A stretch of DNA of 60,464 nucleotides, filler included, from Vannella sp. (GCA_023345925.1; 5 parts of 5 records of this genome joined end to end with filler, not necessarily neighbours in it), one strand, 5' to 3'; numbered from the whole stretch's first letter, positions 1 to 13,550 are shown. Translations and numbers: made by a program. Notes: generated by a model not told the origin, from the letters alone.

Positions 1-1076
1 CAGGGAGACTTTGGAGGTTAGGGAACTCTTCGCAGCCTTCGTCCATTCCATCAGGGCCGAGCATTATGCTTGTCAGGAGAGCTAAATCCTCTGGTCTTCG
101 ACAGATTGGACCTGTGGATAAGTATCTCAAGGCGACCCCTGCTGCCACGGGATGTTGGCCAGTCCCAGGAACCAATCCGCCAGAAGGTTTGTGGCCAAAT
201 GCCCCGTTAAAGAAAGCTGGCATTCGAATCGATCCACCAATATCAGATCCAACTCCTACTCGTTGGTAAGGACCGATTCTTGACTCTCTTCTCTTTGAAC
301 TCTCACCAAAAGGAGACGCTCCAGCCCCAACCAATGAACCTTCTCCCCCAGAAGAGCCGCCAGCAGTGCAATTCAGGTCATAAGGGTTCCTTGTCCTTCC
401 ATAAAGGGAGTTTTGGCTTCTCTCGTGTCAGGAAGCAGAGAGAATGAAAGAATCCTCAAACCTTTCCATCCACATGCACAATTCAGACGTGTTTGTGACG
501 CCAAGGGGGATAGCTCCTGCATCTATGAGACAGAGTAAGAAACTGAATGAAGTAGGCTATCTAGTATGACTCACCTCGAAGCCGCCTCACAACTGTCGCG
601 TCAGAAGGGCTGACAATCTCTCGGCGGCTGGCTAAGCCACTCGCGTTGGGCATTCCAGTGAGTGCAAAACACTCCTTTACTGTAAAGGGAACTCCGTGGA
701 GTACAGGCAGAGTATCCAAACAGCGACCTTCAGCCAAAAACTGCTGAACAAGAGCATCCGCTGCTCGGGCTTCCTCTAAAGCCAACCTAAAGCGATTCTG
801 GACCATTGCATTGAGGTAGACGTTCACCTTCAATATGTGTTTGATATGGGACTCAACAATACACTCGCTGGTAGCCTCTCCAGTGCGAATGAGAGCGGCA
901 AGCTCCTGAGCAGAATGACGGAAGAAAGGGTTGGACTCCTCTGCCTCCTTCATCTTCTCAAGAAACTCTGCACGTGTCAGACTCGAAAGCAGCCTCGCAC
1001 GAGCTTGCCACGCTCGGAACACCAACAAAACGCCCCAAGCTGTCACCACCACTCCCAACCACATTGCCCACCCCAT
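1..1076 (-). CDS. Amidase signature family protein (FAAH2-like), 3' truncated, multi-exon
   Basis: N-terminal hydrophobic helix; LHGVPFTVKE; after removing introns (e.g. 523-574) reads GVTNTSELCMWMES..GRTRNPYD..GGSSGGEG..GVGSDIGGSIRMPAFFNG. Confidence 0.92.
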
Positions 1077-1185
1077 CGGAGCCTTACTGAATGACAAAAT
1101 ATAAATGCAGAACAAGAGCTTTCAAATCGATCATTTGGGATGGGAAGGAGAAGTGAAATGTATAATTTCCAAATTAGGACATCAG

Positions 1186-1252
1186 ATGACCGTTATTTTT
1201 TTGGCGGGAGATGCAGTTGGTCGCTGGGGGAGTTAGTGGGTTTAAAACGGTT
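1186..1252 (+). promoter_or_regulatory. Candidate cell-cycle promoter elements upstream of the cyclin (E2F-like, Myb/MSA-like, CHR-like)
   Basis: TTTTGGCGGGA at 1199-1209; GACCGTTA (reverse complement TAACGGTC) ~1188-1195; CAGTTG ~1214; TTTAAAACGG 1241-1250. Confidence 0.4.
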
Positions 1253-1331
1253 TGTTGAAGGCTTCATTATCATCTCTGCCAGTGAGAACTTACCCTACCG
1301 TACTCTCGTGAGTGTTCTCTTTATCAGCAAC

Positions 1332-2468
1332 ATGTTCGGCACCAAACGATTCGGAAGAAATCTATCCAATGTCCAGCCTGGCGGACAAGCTCTTGCTGCA
1401 AAGCAACCTCCGTTGAAAAGAGCACGTACAGCAAATACAGTTGCGTCAGTTACCGTTGTCAAGCAGGCCGTCATCCCCACTCGTGTCCAGAGACCAGCCG
1501 CCCAAGCAGCTCCCTCTCTATTCCGGACTGTTGCACCCTCTCTCCCAACTCCAGTCTCGAGCTTTCACTTCGAAGAGGATGACTCTTTAAGTGATGTTGA
1601 TAAGGTAGACCGCATGTCCTTGGACATTGTCGAAATCGAGCACGAGAACATCGACCGCTTCGATACACACGATCCTCAGTTCGCTTCTGAGTACATTGAC
1701 GACATCATGGCCTTCTTGAAAAAGAAGGAGATCACTATGCAGATCCCTCACGACTACTGCTCTCGCCAGACTGACATAACTCCTCGGCACAGGAACCAAT
1801 TGACTCGTTGGATGGCGGAAGTATACATTCAACTGAGACTACTTCCTGAGACGTACTTCTTGGGCATTAACATCCTCGACCAAGTGCTCGCAGGATCCCT
1901 GGTGAGCCGTAAGAAGCTTCATTTGATCGGCGTGGCCTCCATCTTCATCGCTGCGAAGTATGAGGAGACTTGGGCCCCACCTCTGTTTGATCTTGGAGTC
2001 TGTTGTGACAATGCCTTCTCTGAAGCAGAGATCCTGCGCATGGAGCGCGAGATCCTCAACCGCATTGACTTCAACTTGGCCATTGCAGCTCCCCTTCACT
2101 TCCTTCGTCGCTTCTCCAAGGCAGGATACTCTGACGGTACCACACACACCATTGCCAAGTTCCTCACAGAGATGACGTGTCAATCCTACGCCATGCTGAA
2201 GTTCCTTCCCTCCCAGATCGCAGCTGCCGCTGTTCTCTTGGCCAGACAGATCCATGGCGGATTCCCCGAGCTATGGGACAACAACCTGCGGTTCTACTCG
2301 GGCTACGAAGTGTCTGACTTGATCGAATGTGGCCAAGCTCTCAGCCTCTCCATCATCAAGGAGGTCCGTTCCACCCGAGGACCTTGCGCCATCGTTCGCA
2401 AGTACTCCGACCGCAAGCTTCTCGGAGTGGCCACCACCGTGGTTCGCGCCCTCACCCAAAACCGATAG
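1332..2468 (+). CDS. Mitotic cyclin (A/B-type), intronless
   Basis: Cyclin box: HRNQLTRWMAEV..LLPETYFLGINILD..LHLIGVASIFIAAKYEE..EILRMEREIL..PLHFLRRFSK; low-complexity N-terminus; likely ATG at 1332. Confidence 0.93.
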   Translation: MFGTKRFGRNLSNVQPGGQALAAKQPPLKRARTANTVASVTVVKQAVIPTRVQRPAAQAAPSLFRTVAPSLPTPVSSFHFEEDDSLSDVDKVDRMSLDIVEIEHENIDRFDTHDPQFASEYIDDIMAFLKKKEITMQIPHDYCSRQTDITPRHRNQLTRWMAEVYIQLRLLPETYFLGINILDQVLAGSLVSRKKLHLIGVASIFIAAKYEETWAPPLFDLGVCCDNAFSEAEILRMEREILNRIDFNLAIAAPLHFLRRFSKAGYSDGTTHTIAKFLTEMTCQSYAMLKFLPSQIAAAAVLLARQIHGGFPELWDNNLRFYSGYEVSDLIECGQALSLSIIKEVRSTRGPCAIVRKYSDRKLLGVATTVVRALTQNR

Positions 2469-3012
2469 AAGGGAGGGAATGTCCTTCCACTGATCAAGGA
2501 GCCATGGCCAAGAACCTCACCTAGATGTAATATACTTATTTGAAGCTCTTTCACACTCTCAGAAACGAAAAAGGGCTCATTGACAACTCAGCCAGTCAAC
2601 TACGTTTGCTGGCCACGGTTGAAAACGACCTCAAATTTGATCAGGACCCTTGCGAATCAAGTTTTTATATGTTTTGAAGAGGGCCATTTTTCCATCTTTA
2701 GGGGAGAGGGTTTGAGATGTTCCCGAAGTGGAGCAGCACCTCCTCGATTTGATCCGACAAATCGAAGCCAAGAACCCTGAATTGCGGTTACTCAGAGCCC
2801 GAGTGGCCTTTGCAGGACATTACCGTCACCGCTTGATCTAGTACACTCTTCGTATTCGGACTCGATCACCACAAACGACCTCTTTCCATCTTTCCCAGGA
2901 ACTCTGGGGAAGGAGGGGCTGCTACTCGCCCAACGGTTTGCAGGAGGATCAAGTCTTCCGACTTCCGCGGAGATGCCAGATCGTTCACTCCAAAAAGTGC
3001 CAAGCCAAGTGA

Positions 3013-3045
3013 GAAAGGAAAGGAAAGGAAAGGAGAGGAAAGGAA
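3013..3045. repeat. (GGAAA)n microsatellite
   Basis: gaaaggaaaggaaaggaaaggagaggaaaggaa. Confidence 0.8.
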
Positions 3046-3181
3046 TGCTACTGAAACAAAAAAAGTCATTCTTGGAGGCGGAAACATCCTCCTGGATGGA
3101 TGACACCGAGAATGGTGATTGAAAGTCAGTTCTGCTGACCTTTGTTTGTGAAAGGATGAAGAAGGTTTTAGTGGAAAGAGC

Positions 3182-6100
3182 TCAGAGTTGAAGGATCCCG
3201 TCGAGAATGCTGCAGACGACTAGGATAAGAGACCCTTTCTGGTTCTGGTGGAATTGGTCCGAGTTGGAGAGAGTGGAGAATCCAATAGTGCCCATGTGCT
3301 CCTTTGTGAGGCTCACTACAGGACTAGTAGACTCGAGGCCAAATGTGTACACTGAATTGATGAGATCCATGGAGATCGAAAGCATTTCCTCGTTCTGGGA
3401 AGCGGTGAGAATCTGTTCTAGCTTTGGCATGAGAACGTCAAAGGTGACTGGGGAGCATTCTGGCAAGCTCCTGAGAATCTCCTCTAGCTTTGGCATGAGA
3501 ACGTCAAAGGTGACTGGGAAGCATTCTGGCATAAAGTGAGCGCCCTCATTCAGTGTGCGGTAAATGTACAATTGCTCGTGCTCCGACTCGGAGCTCTTGA
3601 GGATCGTGCCGAGGTACATAAAGACAAGAGCTCCTCGAGTCTTGTCAGGCACCATCTGTTCATTAAACAGAGAGTTCCCAGATTCAGAGCAGGAAAGAAG
3701 TCTAAATGAAGTGAGTAAGTCACTTTCGATACCTCCCCTCCTGACCTACCTTTGTTGACAAGCATCACTCAAATTATCTCCACAGTGGGGAAGAAGGGCT
3801 GTAAGGTATCCAGTGACATTGGCAGGATTACTCTCGCAAGAGTACTCAACAAAGGTGTTCAGAAGGCGGGTGGACGCAGACTTGGTCAGGACAGTCTTCA
3901 GGCCTTTGAGTAAATGGCCAGCAACGGCGAAAGAAAAGTCGTATCGGAAGCTGATTCCAGACAGTTGGTCCAATTTGTTGAGCATTCCCTCGTACGGGCC
4001 CTTGCGGTTGGCCATGCAATAGCCTGCGAGCCCCTTTTCACGATACTTGCCTTGGTCCGCCATTGCCCTCACAATTTGGTCGAGGAAGTTCACGCAAGCA
4101 AGGAACAGCTTCTTATCCTGGATTTGGCACAAACTCATGGCAATCCAGAAGAAGGACTGATAGTACTTTGAGTCAGGGCGGATGTGAGTAAAGTTGCGGC
4201 TCAGGCAGCTGATGATGGACACTGTCAGCTCGTCTATCTTATTCTAGGCTAATGTTAGTCCTTCCCAGTTCATCAGAGAGGCTTGTGAAGTACGAACCTT
4301 GGTGGCACAAGTGGCAAGTGCATCTCGAAGCAATTTGATCAAGTTACGAACCAGATCTTCGGAAATGAGAGTGGGCGATTGAGCAAGAACACCAAGAGCT
4401 ACAATAGCTCGTGGCTGCAGGAGGGGATTGGGGAGGAACGCTGTTTTCGTGAACAAACTTAGTAGGCGGGCATGGCGTGGTGTGCCAACACAGTTTGCCT
4501 CGACAGTGGTGCAGTTAAGTACCTGATAAAGGTATCCTGCCACGTTCTCTGTTTGAGCCAGATTAACAATGTCAAGTCGATTACCCCATTTGCTGGGGGG
4601 CTGGAAGGGATCATACAGCACTTGCCCACCCACACCAAACTGGAGCTGAGTTGGGAGCTCTTGATACTCGTTGAATTTCAGGCGCAGAATACCAAGCTTT
4701 TCCTCGTTACAGACCTTGCTGGAAAAGAGAGAATGGACAATGTTAATGAACAAGGCACACACAGTCGAGTGCATGAAGGAATTGCCAGTAAAGAAGGTCA
4801 TTTGAATGATATGAAGTAACTCGGGAAGATATGATTCCACACAGAGCAGATTGTCAAAGGAGAGGATGAGAAGCCACTTGAGAAGAACTTCTATTTCCTT
4901 CCAGACAGGATGGTCTTCAATGCGTTCACATGGCGTTCCTTGGCCCGTCTCTTCCAGCCGTCGTAGAAGGTGATTGATAATCTTCCCAGTAACAAGTGAG
5001 GCATTCACTGACGCAACTGACGCAATAACATCGTCAAGACACCCAATCGTATCGTCATTGTGGGCGGGGAGTTTGTAGGCTTTGAGGAGTTGCTCGATGG
5101 TAAGATCTAGTACCCGTGTACATCGGCCTAGGAGTGTCCAAACCTTAGTATTGATAGCTGGGCGAATCACGTCGGCTTTGATGGAGAACGTGACCAACTT
5201 TTCAAAGATCTCAATCATCTTAGTGTTGGTTTTCTCTTCGTCCGTGTTCTCACCAAAGAAGAGAGACCCGTAGTTCCAGAGCCACGGTTTAATGTAGTCG
5301 AGAACGAGGACTTGGGAGACTTTGTCAGCATTGGACATTCCATCTAAGGACTGCTGAAGGAACTCCAAAGTCATTCCAGGCTCCATCTGAGCCAATTCGC
5401 TGCTAACACGAACAGTAAACTGTTTTGAGCTCTTTGGAATGGCAGCTTCGTTCGCTTCCAACAATACAGACTGAATCTTGAAGGAGAAGGTGTGACACAG
5501 GGCAACTAGGAGGTTATAAGCAGCAGCACGGAGAGCATGATTGGAGACAGTGAGATTCATCAGTGCCATGTTCAAGAGAGTTCCGGGGACATCTGAAGGA
5601 CGGAAAGCTTTGCTGCGAAGGAGTGCCCCTTGAGGAGCAGACAGCTTGTAGCGATCTCTGAAGGCAATGAGCTGCTGAGAGATTTGATCCTTCGCCTCGC
5701 TGATAATCTCAATTGAGCGCTGACCGTCACCAACTTGGTAACGGATGTTCAAAAGATTCGAGTTGGCCTGTTTGGTGATATCCACCAAGCTGGAGACATG
5801 AACAATGTCTGTCACAATGGCAGCAGCCCCAAGAATGGGTTGCGGCTTCAAAGAGATCAGATTAATCGCATCCGAGCAGATCACAAGTTTCGCTTCTTTC
5901 TTACTGTTTTGGGTTATTTTAGACACAGAAAAGGTGGATTGAACGGTGGCAACCATTGATATAGTATCAAGAGGTAGTTTGCACTCGTCCTTGGAGATGA
6001 AAGTGTGAAGATGAGCCACGTCGTTACAGAACACGAACTTCCTATTGACTCGCGGGACGTGTCTGGCGATGTTCTTTGAGTACTTCTTGAACCAAATATT

Positions 6101-9100
6101 TGCGTTAATAAAGTACACAGCTGAGATGTTGGAAGAGGCCACCGACGGCATGATTTTGCTAATGAGAGCAAGAGCAGTGTTTGACATCTGATGTTGTGGC
6201 GTGAATAACGTCAAGTCAATGACCATGGCGTAGGGCTTTGTCAAGTAGTTGCGCGTGGTTTCGAGAATGAAGTAAAAGAGAAGATCATCGTTGGAGCCCG
6301 GGACGTATCGGCGAGCAATGTAGTAGAAGACTGGCTCCTTCTTGATGGTGTTGCCTTGTTGGTAGTAAATCTCGCGGCTCTTTATCTCGTCCGTGTTCTT
6401 GTTCGCCATACGGCCCATAAACTTTTCGAATTGTTTCTCACTCGAGCCACTGATAGCAGCTTGGCGCATTTGAACTGTCTTTGTACTCTTTGGGAGTTCT
6501 GGAGGAGCCCCCAGTTGAGCCAGAATACTTGTCAATCGAGTGACTGTGTCAGGGGAACCTGCCAGCTCCTTGGTTATCTTGAGCAGTGAAGTACTGAGGT
6601 AGTAATGAATGCGACCAAGATCTTGCTCTTTTTGCTCGTCAGAGAAGGTCATAGGGACGGGTTGAGGATCATTTTCAGAGACAACACAATACACGTCGAG
6701 TAAGTCTTTGATCTTGGGGAGTCTCTCCTCAATCCAAGGGTTAAGGCAGTTCATGAAAGGCTCTTTGGTGAACTGGACTCGATTGGCCAAGTTTTGGATC
6801 ACTTTTGTGACCAAAATCAAACACCTTTGCAGTGGAGGTGCCACGTTAGTGTCAATCACACCAAATCCAAGAGGAGCAGTCAAAGCTGGGCAAAGATAAC
6901 GAAGGAATAGGAAGCCTGCCACTGCAGTGTGCCCTGCTTCAGGGAACTTAGCAGTCACTGTGGTACTGAGGAATTCGCAAATCTGCCGGAAAGGTGCAGG
7001 ACAGTAAGGAATGGACGCTTCTATATCGTCGAGGAACTCTTGTGAGAGTCTGCTGATGTTGGCTTGGTTCTGGACAAGGTCTTCTCCTTCAGGTAACTTT
7101 GAGGGGTCCATTTCAAAGGATGGGGTATGCTGCATGAGTTGCTTGATGCGCGGTCCCAACGCAATACGCAAGTAGTCTCGACCAACAAGACGACAGTAAG
7201 CAGCCAACAGCTTTGTGGCCATACTGTTCAATCGGAAAAGAGTGTTGGCAGCTTCCGTCTTCCGTACTTCAGCAGAAATGGCCGCTTTTACGAGATCCAA
7301 TGTCTTTTCATTGGCCTCAAAAAAGCAAGCCAATAGCTGACACATAATCTCTGCCTCAGTGATTGGTGTGACATCGTTCAAAGCAAGGACAACCTCGAGA
7401 CTAGGTTCCAGAAGGAGCTCTAAGAGCTTGTAGTACTTCTCACCTTGCTCGCCAGAGTCAAAGTCAGAACGCTCTTTGAGAATGTTCGTGAGAACTTTCA
7501 AGAAAGAGGAACGAGTCTCATGATCTTTGTGATAGCCCATTGTAACGAAGTACTCAAGCCCATGTTCAATGTTGGCAGTTACCAGATAACTGAGCGACTG
7601 GATCGTTGCCTCGGGTAAGGCAGGAGTCAGAACTGTTTGTGGAGCTTGTTTGCACCGAGTGAGGAGCCTTGTGAAGAAGTTAAAGAACTTTGAGAAGAGC
7701 TTCGACTTGATTTCATCATCCTTACCCGAGAGGGTCAGGCCCTCCAGCAGGGAAGAGATAGCTCGCATAACCTGGCAGTCCAACTCCTTCACCAGTTTCT
7801 TTAATTGGCGGCTATCAGCCTCAGAGAGATCTGCAGGGAGATTAGAATCCTTTGTAGAGAACTCCGATGTCCATTCCATGATATATTCAATCAACTCTGT
7901 GCGAAATTGGCTCTCATTGTTGAAAGAAAGACTGCTCTTGTGCGCCATGACAGACTCTAGCAGTGCACAAAATTTGTGGCGGATCTGAGCAGAGTTGGCG
8001 TTAATCGTGGTTTGGCGAACAAACTTGAGAAGCAGATTGACGATATCTTCAATCCCCGTGATACCAGAGAAGTCTCCGTCTTCATGTTCACTGTCGAGCA
8101 GTAACTTGACCGTTGAGATGGCCTGCTCTACGAGAAGGATGGTCTCGTTCGTGAAGGTAGCTTGCTCAGAAGTTTTGAAGAGCTTCTCTTTTGAGTAGCT
8201 TTCCAACGCGTTGAAGAAAAGAGTGTAAATGTCTGGACTAAGGGCATTGCCCAACATTTGCTTGACCTTTTCGCGGATGCTGACGAACTCGCTTGTCAGG
8301 AACTTCATTAGTCTCTGGATGAACTCAGAAGGATCTGACATTGATGCAAGCTTGTTTTGCTTCTCTCCCTTGGTTTGACTGGAGGAAAGAAGGACTGCTG
8401 AGAGGGAACAAAGGATACCAAGAGTGTTAGTCCACTCAGCTAAGGTTTCTGCCGCACCCTTTGCGTCATAGTCCAACGGCTTTCTACTTTTGCGAGTGTC
8501 GCTTTGTTTTGCAATAGCAGCCTCCTCATTGGCGACGACTTCGTTCGTTATTCCTTGCCAGCGCTTGTAGAGCTCGTCCCATGCAAGGAAGTTTCCAACA
8601 GTTTGGTTTTGAATCTTCTTGAGAGCATTTTGAATGATCTTCTGCTGAGCCTGCCGGCCAGTGAAGTTTGTACTAGCGTCAGCAAGCATCTTGTATGCAT
8701 CGAAGTTGCAAATCAGAGAGCTGTCAGCCTCTGTGAGACAATGGCGAAGTAGCTCTATCTCTTTGCAAGAGTATTTGAAGATATTCAGGCACTTCGAGAC
8801 GATTTCGTTGTTCTTGCTCCCCAAGAAGATCAGAATGGAGGACTCCATTGCAGAGCTGGCCATCAATCGGATAGGCCTGCTGGATGGGTTTGGCTCAACA
8901 TGAGCCGTTTGCTCGATAAACTGTACTCTGAACGAGCAGATCTGCTCAATAAGGTCAATGACTTGCTCGACTGCTTCCAGGGTAAGATCAGGTCGATCGC
9001 GAATGCAATTGCCCAGCTGATTAAGAACTCCAGATGAGATCTCCCAGAATCCTACAATCGGGTCCTCTGGGTGCCATCTATTGATGAACTCTGTACTGTG

Positions 9101-10920
9101 AATTTTGAGCAGCGCGTCTCGACCAAGAGATGAGACATCTGTGATGGTGAACTCCGCGACACACTGGCAGAGACCACTCAAAAGGGACCGAATGTCCGAG
9201 ATATCTTTGGAAGAGTTCTTCTGTGGAAAGAGGGCCAGGATGGGATCCACACGGAACAAGCCAATCAAGTTCTTGAGAATGTCAATCTCAGAAAGAGCGC
9301 GTTCCATAGCGACTTTGCCTTTCTTATCTGTGGAGTTACGGAGGCTCTGGAACTCTTCCAAGCGGGGCAGCATCGTTTGGAACATCTGGCGAAGGCTTCC
9401 TGCATGCGCTGAATAAACATCCGCAATGGTGGGGTTCCAGGGCAGGGGATTTTCGCTGGCAATACGGAAGAGCGCGTTCACTAGAACTCTCTTAAACAGT
9501 GGAGGACTGCTGGGTTTGACACATTCTGCAAACAAAGAATTCACAATCTTCCTCGGGGACAGGAAGAAAGAAGAAAGCAGAAAGTCTGACATCAACCGCT
9601 CGTCAAAGCCTGCTTCAGACTTGGAAGCAGCCGCTGCATTGAAGAGGCGCGTAGTCAAATCAGACTCTGTGTTGGTGAGCATGAACACAAGAGCAGACTC
9701 CGCCGACTTGGCATTGTACGTTGAAGCTTTGCAAACATCCACAAAGCAGACAGTAGCAACGTCTGCCAGCTTAGTTGTGGTCAGTCCCTTCTCCAAACCC
9801 TCAAAGAACTTCTTTTTGTTGGCGTTGTTGCCGTTACTCTGCTTCTGGAGGACCACTTGCACCATAACATCGGGGCAGAGGATGATAAGCATAATCATGG
9901 TTGGCCAGAAGCTTGCTTTCTTTGCGGAGTTGCTCGCAAGACCATCAAACACATCAAAGAGGTCCTCTGCCTTGCTGCAAAGCTTGCGCTTCTCCTTGCA
10001 GAGGGCAACAAACTCGTGAGGGTAGCGATTGATCCAGTTCCAGATGATCTCACGCAACACCTTGGCGTAGGCAACTTGCGCATTCGACTTCTTCGTGGAG
10101 CTGATGATGGGGCAAAGGATGGTCAGTAGGCGACCCAGCTGCTCCTGGTTGAGATTGAGGAACTCGAGAAGAACACCATAAGTGAGCACGTCTTCTTCTG
10201 ATGAGGAAGAGGTCAGATAGGGCAGCACACGCGCCAAAACGTCGTCGTGGTTGGACGCCGAAAGCTGAAAGAGGCAGCGGCTGGCTCGATTGTGCAATGG
10301 TTTAGCGAAAGGAGAAGTTGACTTGGACGTCAGGAAGGTCTCCAGGCTCTTGTAGAGCTTGCCGCACAAGGCTTGACTGAGGGAAGGAGGTAACGCGGCC
10401 TCCACCTTCTCCTTCAGACGAAGGAGGTCTTCCTTGCTCAATAGCTCCTCTTTCACTGTGCGGTAGTTTTCCTTCTACTCCCTTCTTGTTGGTGAACCTG
10501 GCCAATGGACGAAGGTGAGACTTACGATGGTGTCCCAAGGACAAGCCAGACAACGCTCGAGGACCTGCAAGAGTTGAAGCTGAGACTTTGAAACACGTCC
10601 CATGTCTTCTTCGGAGTTGATGGGAGCCTGGAACCGCATTAGCAAGGGAGAACGGGAACGGAGGAACGCCCACATTGGAAATCTTCGCCAGCTCGTCCAG
10701 GAGTTTGCTGGCGACAATGTCAGTCTTGAAGGCGCTAATGTCTACCAAAGCGTCTTCGTTCTGCTTTCCCAGGTCGGCGTTTTGGAACCGCTTGCTCTGC
10801 TTGTAGTACGGAAGCTTCACTCGCGTCAGCATCTCCCTCACAAGACCCAGAGGCCCTCCCTACCTCAGCAGAGATCCTCGAGATGACGTGGTCAACAAGA
10901 GTTTCCTCCAAATCAGCCAT
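3182..10920 (-). CDS. NF1: Neurofibromin-like RasGAP (HEAT scaffold + GAP-related domain + Sec14/PH), multi-exon
   Basis: Arginine finger TLFRLNSMATK, FLRYLCPAL, KVIQNLAN; Sec14-like YQQGNTIKKEPVFYYIARR; NF1-typical RPSDVPGTLLNMALMNL and LRAAAYNLL; ORFs 10735-10923, 10302-10841, 10475-10717, 4244-10456, 3746-4222, 3182-3655 join through short introns. Confidence 0.93.
3406..3531. repeat. Tandem duplication with 66-bp period inside the last NF1 exon
   Basis: 3406-3465 vs 3472-3531 match at 57/60 nt; encodes PEC[F/S]PVTFDVLMPKLE twice. Confidence 0.9.
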
Positions 10921-11104
10921 CAAAGGAGAGGAGGACGCGAACGGAGAAGGAGCAAAAGAAACTGTTCCCTCAACACTGGCCCTTCCATGTTATATTCAAA
11001 AAGATAGAAAGAGACCAAACGTTCCAAGAAGGACATTTGGCAAGAACAAACTGAAAGAAAAATTCTCCCATAATGATATGCATGAAAGGTTTGGATTTAA
11101 ACGG

Positions 11105-11204
11105 NNNNNNNNNNNNNNNNNNNNNNNNNNNNNNNNNNNNNNNNNNNNTTAATTAATTAANNNNNNNNNNNNNNNNNNNNNNNNNNNNNNNNNNNNNNNN
11201 NNNN
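11105..11204. other. Artificial contig linker
   Basis: 44 N + TTAATTAATTAA + 44 N, with stops in all frames. Confidence 0.97.
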
Positions 11205-13392
11205 CCCGTCACTGCCAAAGCGGTTTGGAGGCGTTCGAGTTGTTGGATTGAAAAGGCCTCCAGTGCTTGTCTCTTTTCTGCCTCTTCTTGAGCGATACAA
11301 CTTTGTCTCTCGAGCTTTCTCTTCAGGCTCCTGATCTCCTTCTCCAAGGCCTTCTTTTCATCTAATTCATCCTTTTCGTTTGGTTCATCTGAGAATTCAT
11401 TCTCTTCCACCTTTGGGTTGTTGAGTTGCCTTGCTGCAATGAGTGTGCCCACCAATTCTGTACAATGGTTGCTCGGGAAGAATCCTGCTGTGCAAGTACC
11501 GTGCACACTACCGACCCACCAGCCACTTTTTTGCTTCGCAAACACTAAGATCAGATCTCCTTCTCCAAACCCTATTTCGCATTCCACTTCTGGAGACGGA
11601 GCATATGAATGGACTGCTTTTGTGTAGCCAATGACAGCAAGCTTTTTGATCTGACAGCTCGGTAAGTCTACTCTTGTTTGGAGATAGAAGAAGAGAATAA
11701 TTACCTTTTTGCGAGCAGATCCCATCGCTGGTAGTACGCATTTCTGTAAGATAATCCATGTTACCAATCGGTATCAATCCTCACAACGGGGATCTTACCA
11801 GCTCTTCAGGAATTCCGAACAGCTCATCTGCGTAGCTAATCAGAGCGGTAGAGAGTGTTGTTAGTCGAGGTGCATCACGCATCATGGCTTGAATGTCCTC
11901 CCCAGCGGATGGTAAGCGAAGAAAATTGGGTCCAAAGACTGTTGCCAGATTCCGGACGCCCATCTTGTTTGCTTCCTCGTTTTGTGAAACCCTTTGCAAA
12001 AAGACACACATTATGCCCAGTAAAGCTTGATTATCCTCTGGCATTTTCGGAATCAAAGCCTTCATGTCATCTCTCACGGCTTCTATGTTCTCTAACAGGT
12101 GTGGTTAGACCTACAAATAGTCTCAGAAGGGTTGAGAACATCAAATTTACCCTGCTGAGCCTCGTAGATGTCAAGGAAGTCATGATAGAACATAAATGGT
12201 ATGACAGGCTCGGGTAAATCACGCAGGTATTGTTTGAGGATAGAACAGACGAGGTGAGGGTCCTCCCCCTCATCGAAAGAAACCTTATAGGTATCTTGAT
12301 CATTTAAGTAAGTGCTTTGGATAAATAGAAAGTTCTTACAGTCATCACACTTGGACTTTAGCTCCTCGACTTGGTTGGACTTGGCAGAAATGCGGAAAAT
12401 GCCTGTGACATCCAGTGCTTCGTTACAGTCCAGTAAGAATCATCATAAGAGGCTTCTAATGATCTCCTGATACTTACCATGAGCGAAGACAAACTCAATT
12501 GCTGCGAGAATCAGTGGTGGAACTCGGGGAGCGTCCCCTTGTCCATCCACAGTTCGGAGTGCCTTTTTGATCGGTTGCCCAAAGATTGCATTCTCTCGAA
12601 TATTCTTTTCGCTGTCGGCCTTGCCTCCATGTTTCACAAACTTTGGTTCGCTCACCAAATCGGAAGTTGTCTGAGAAATGCGGTCACAATGCAGTCGGGG
12701 AACCCAACCCAACTGATCTCAAACCCACCTTCTTCTTCTTCTTTCGGCGATTGGGTCGGACAAGGAAGGTGGTCTGCTCGGATACCGCTTGATCCCTCAG
12801 AGAAAGGCTCATGTCGACGGTGTCTGGTCTCTGTCAGTTTCCAGAGGGCTCCATTGGAGTATGAGCCTTACTGTGAACAGAAAGTTCTTGTGAAGAAGAA
12901 TCCTCCTCTCTCACTACACATAGATCGTTGTGGGAGGGTTGGTAGTCGTACACTCTACAGAGCGTGGCGTAGAACTCAGCTCCTGTTTGTTCTAGGTCCA
13001 CATTCGACTGGTAAGTTTCTTGTCCTTCAGAGTTGAGTACCAAGATGGACCTCGCCATGCGGCGAAGCTGTATTTCATCGCGCATCTCAAAGGAAGCCGT
13101 TTGTAACAGCAGAGCATCGAGGACAAACAGATACTTGCAAGGAGACCCTTCTTTGGGAGGGACGTACAATGTGTAACCCTTGCATAGCTCTACAAGAGCG
13201 CCAAACCCAATCAGAACGTATCGAATACACCAAGTACCTCCTGTTACCTTCTGGAGAAACAGAGAGGGAGCACTTCTCTGCAATGTGAACCAGAGCGTCT
13301 TTGATTGTGGTGGACTGGTCGAACCTTACTGCTTTCGTAATACCCATGTTATCAATCCTGACACTGGCCAACAAGATAACAGAGCCGTCCAT
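11205..13392 (-). CDS. RhoGAP + SH3 protein with possible N-terminal ubiquitin-like/FERM-N-like region, 3' truncated
   Basis: VPPLILAAIEFV, GIFRISA, NKMGVRNLATVFGPNFLR (RhoGAP); AVHSY..GEGDLI..GWWVG..GFFPSNH (SH3); C-terminal coiled coil; several introns. Confidence 0.85.
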
Positions 13393-13550
13393 CCCCAAGG
13401 GAGAAAGGGAAAATGGCCTTCCAAAGTAACTCGAATCATCAGATCAGAAATATTATAAACAGTTGATTGATTCAGGGCGAAAGTCAACCACGTGTAAATG
13501 TCAGCACCGTACAGCTTTATGTCAACCCTCTTTCTCTTTCCCTTCTGAAG

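Noticed and set aside
2792..3106. 104-aa minus-strand ORF downstream of NF1
   Set aside because: Runs through a GGAAA microsatellite, lacks an ATG start and shows no recognisable motifs; probably UTR or intergenic
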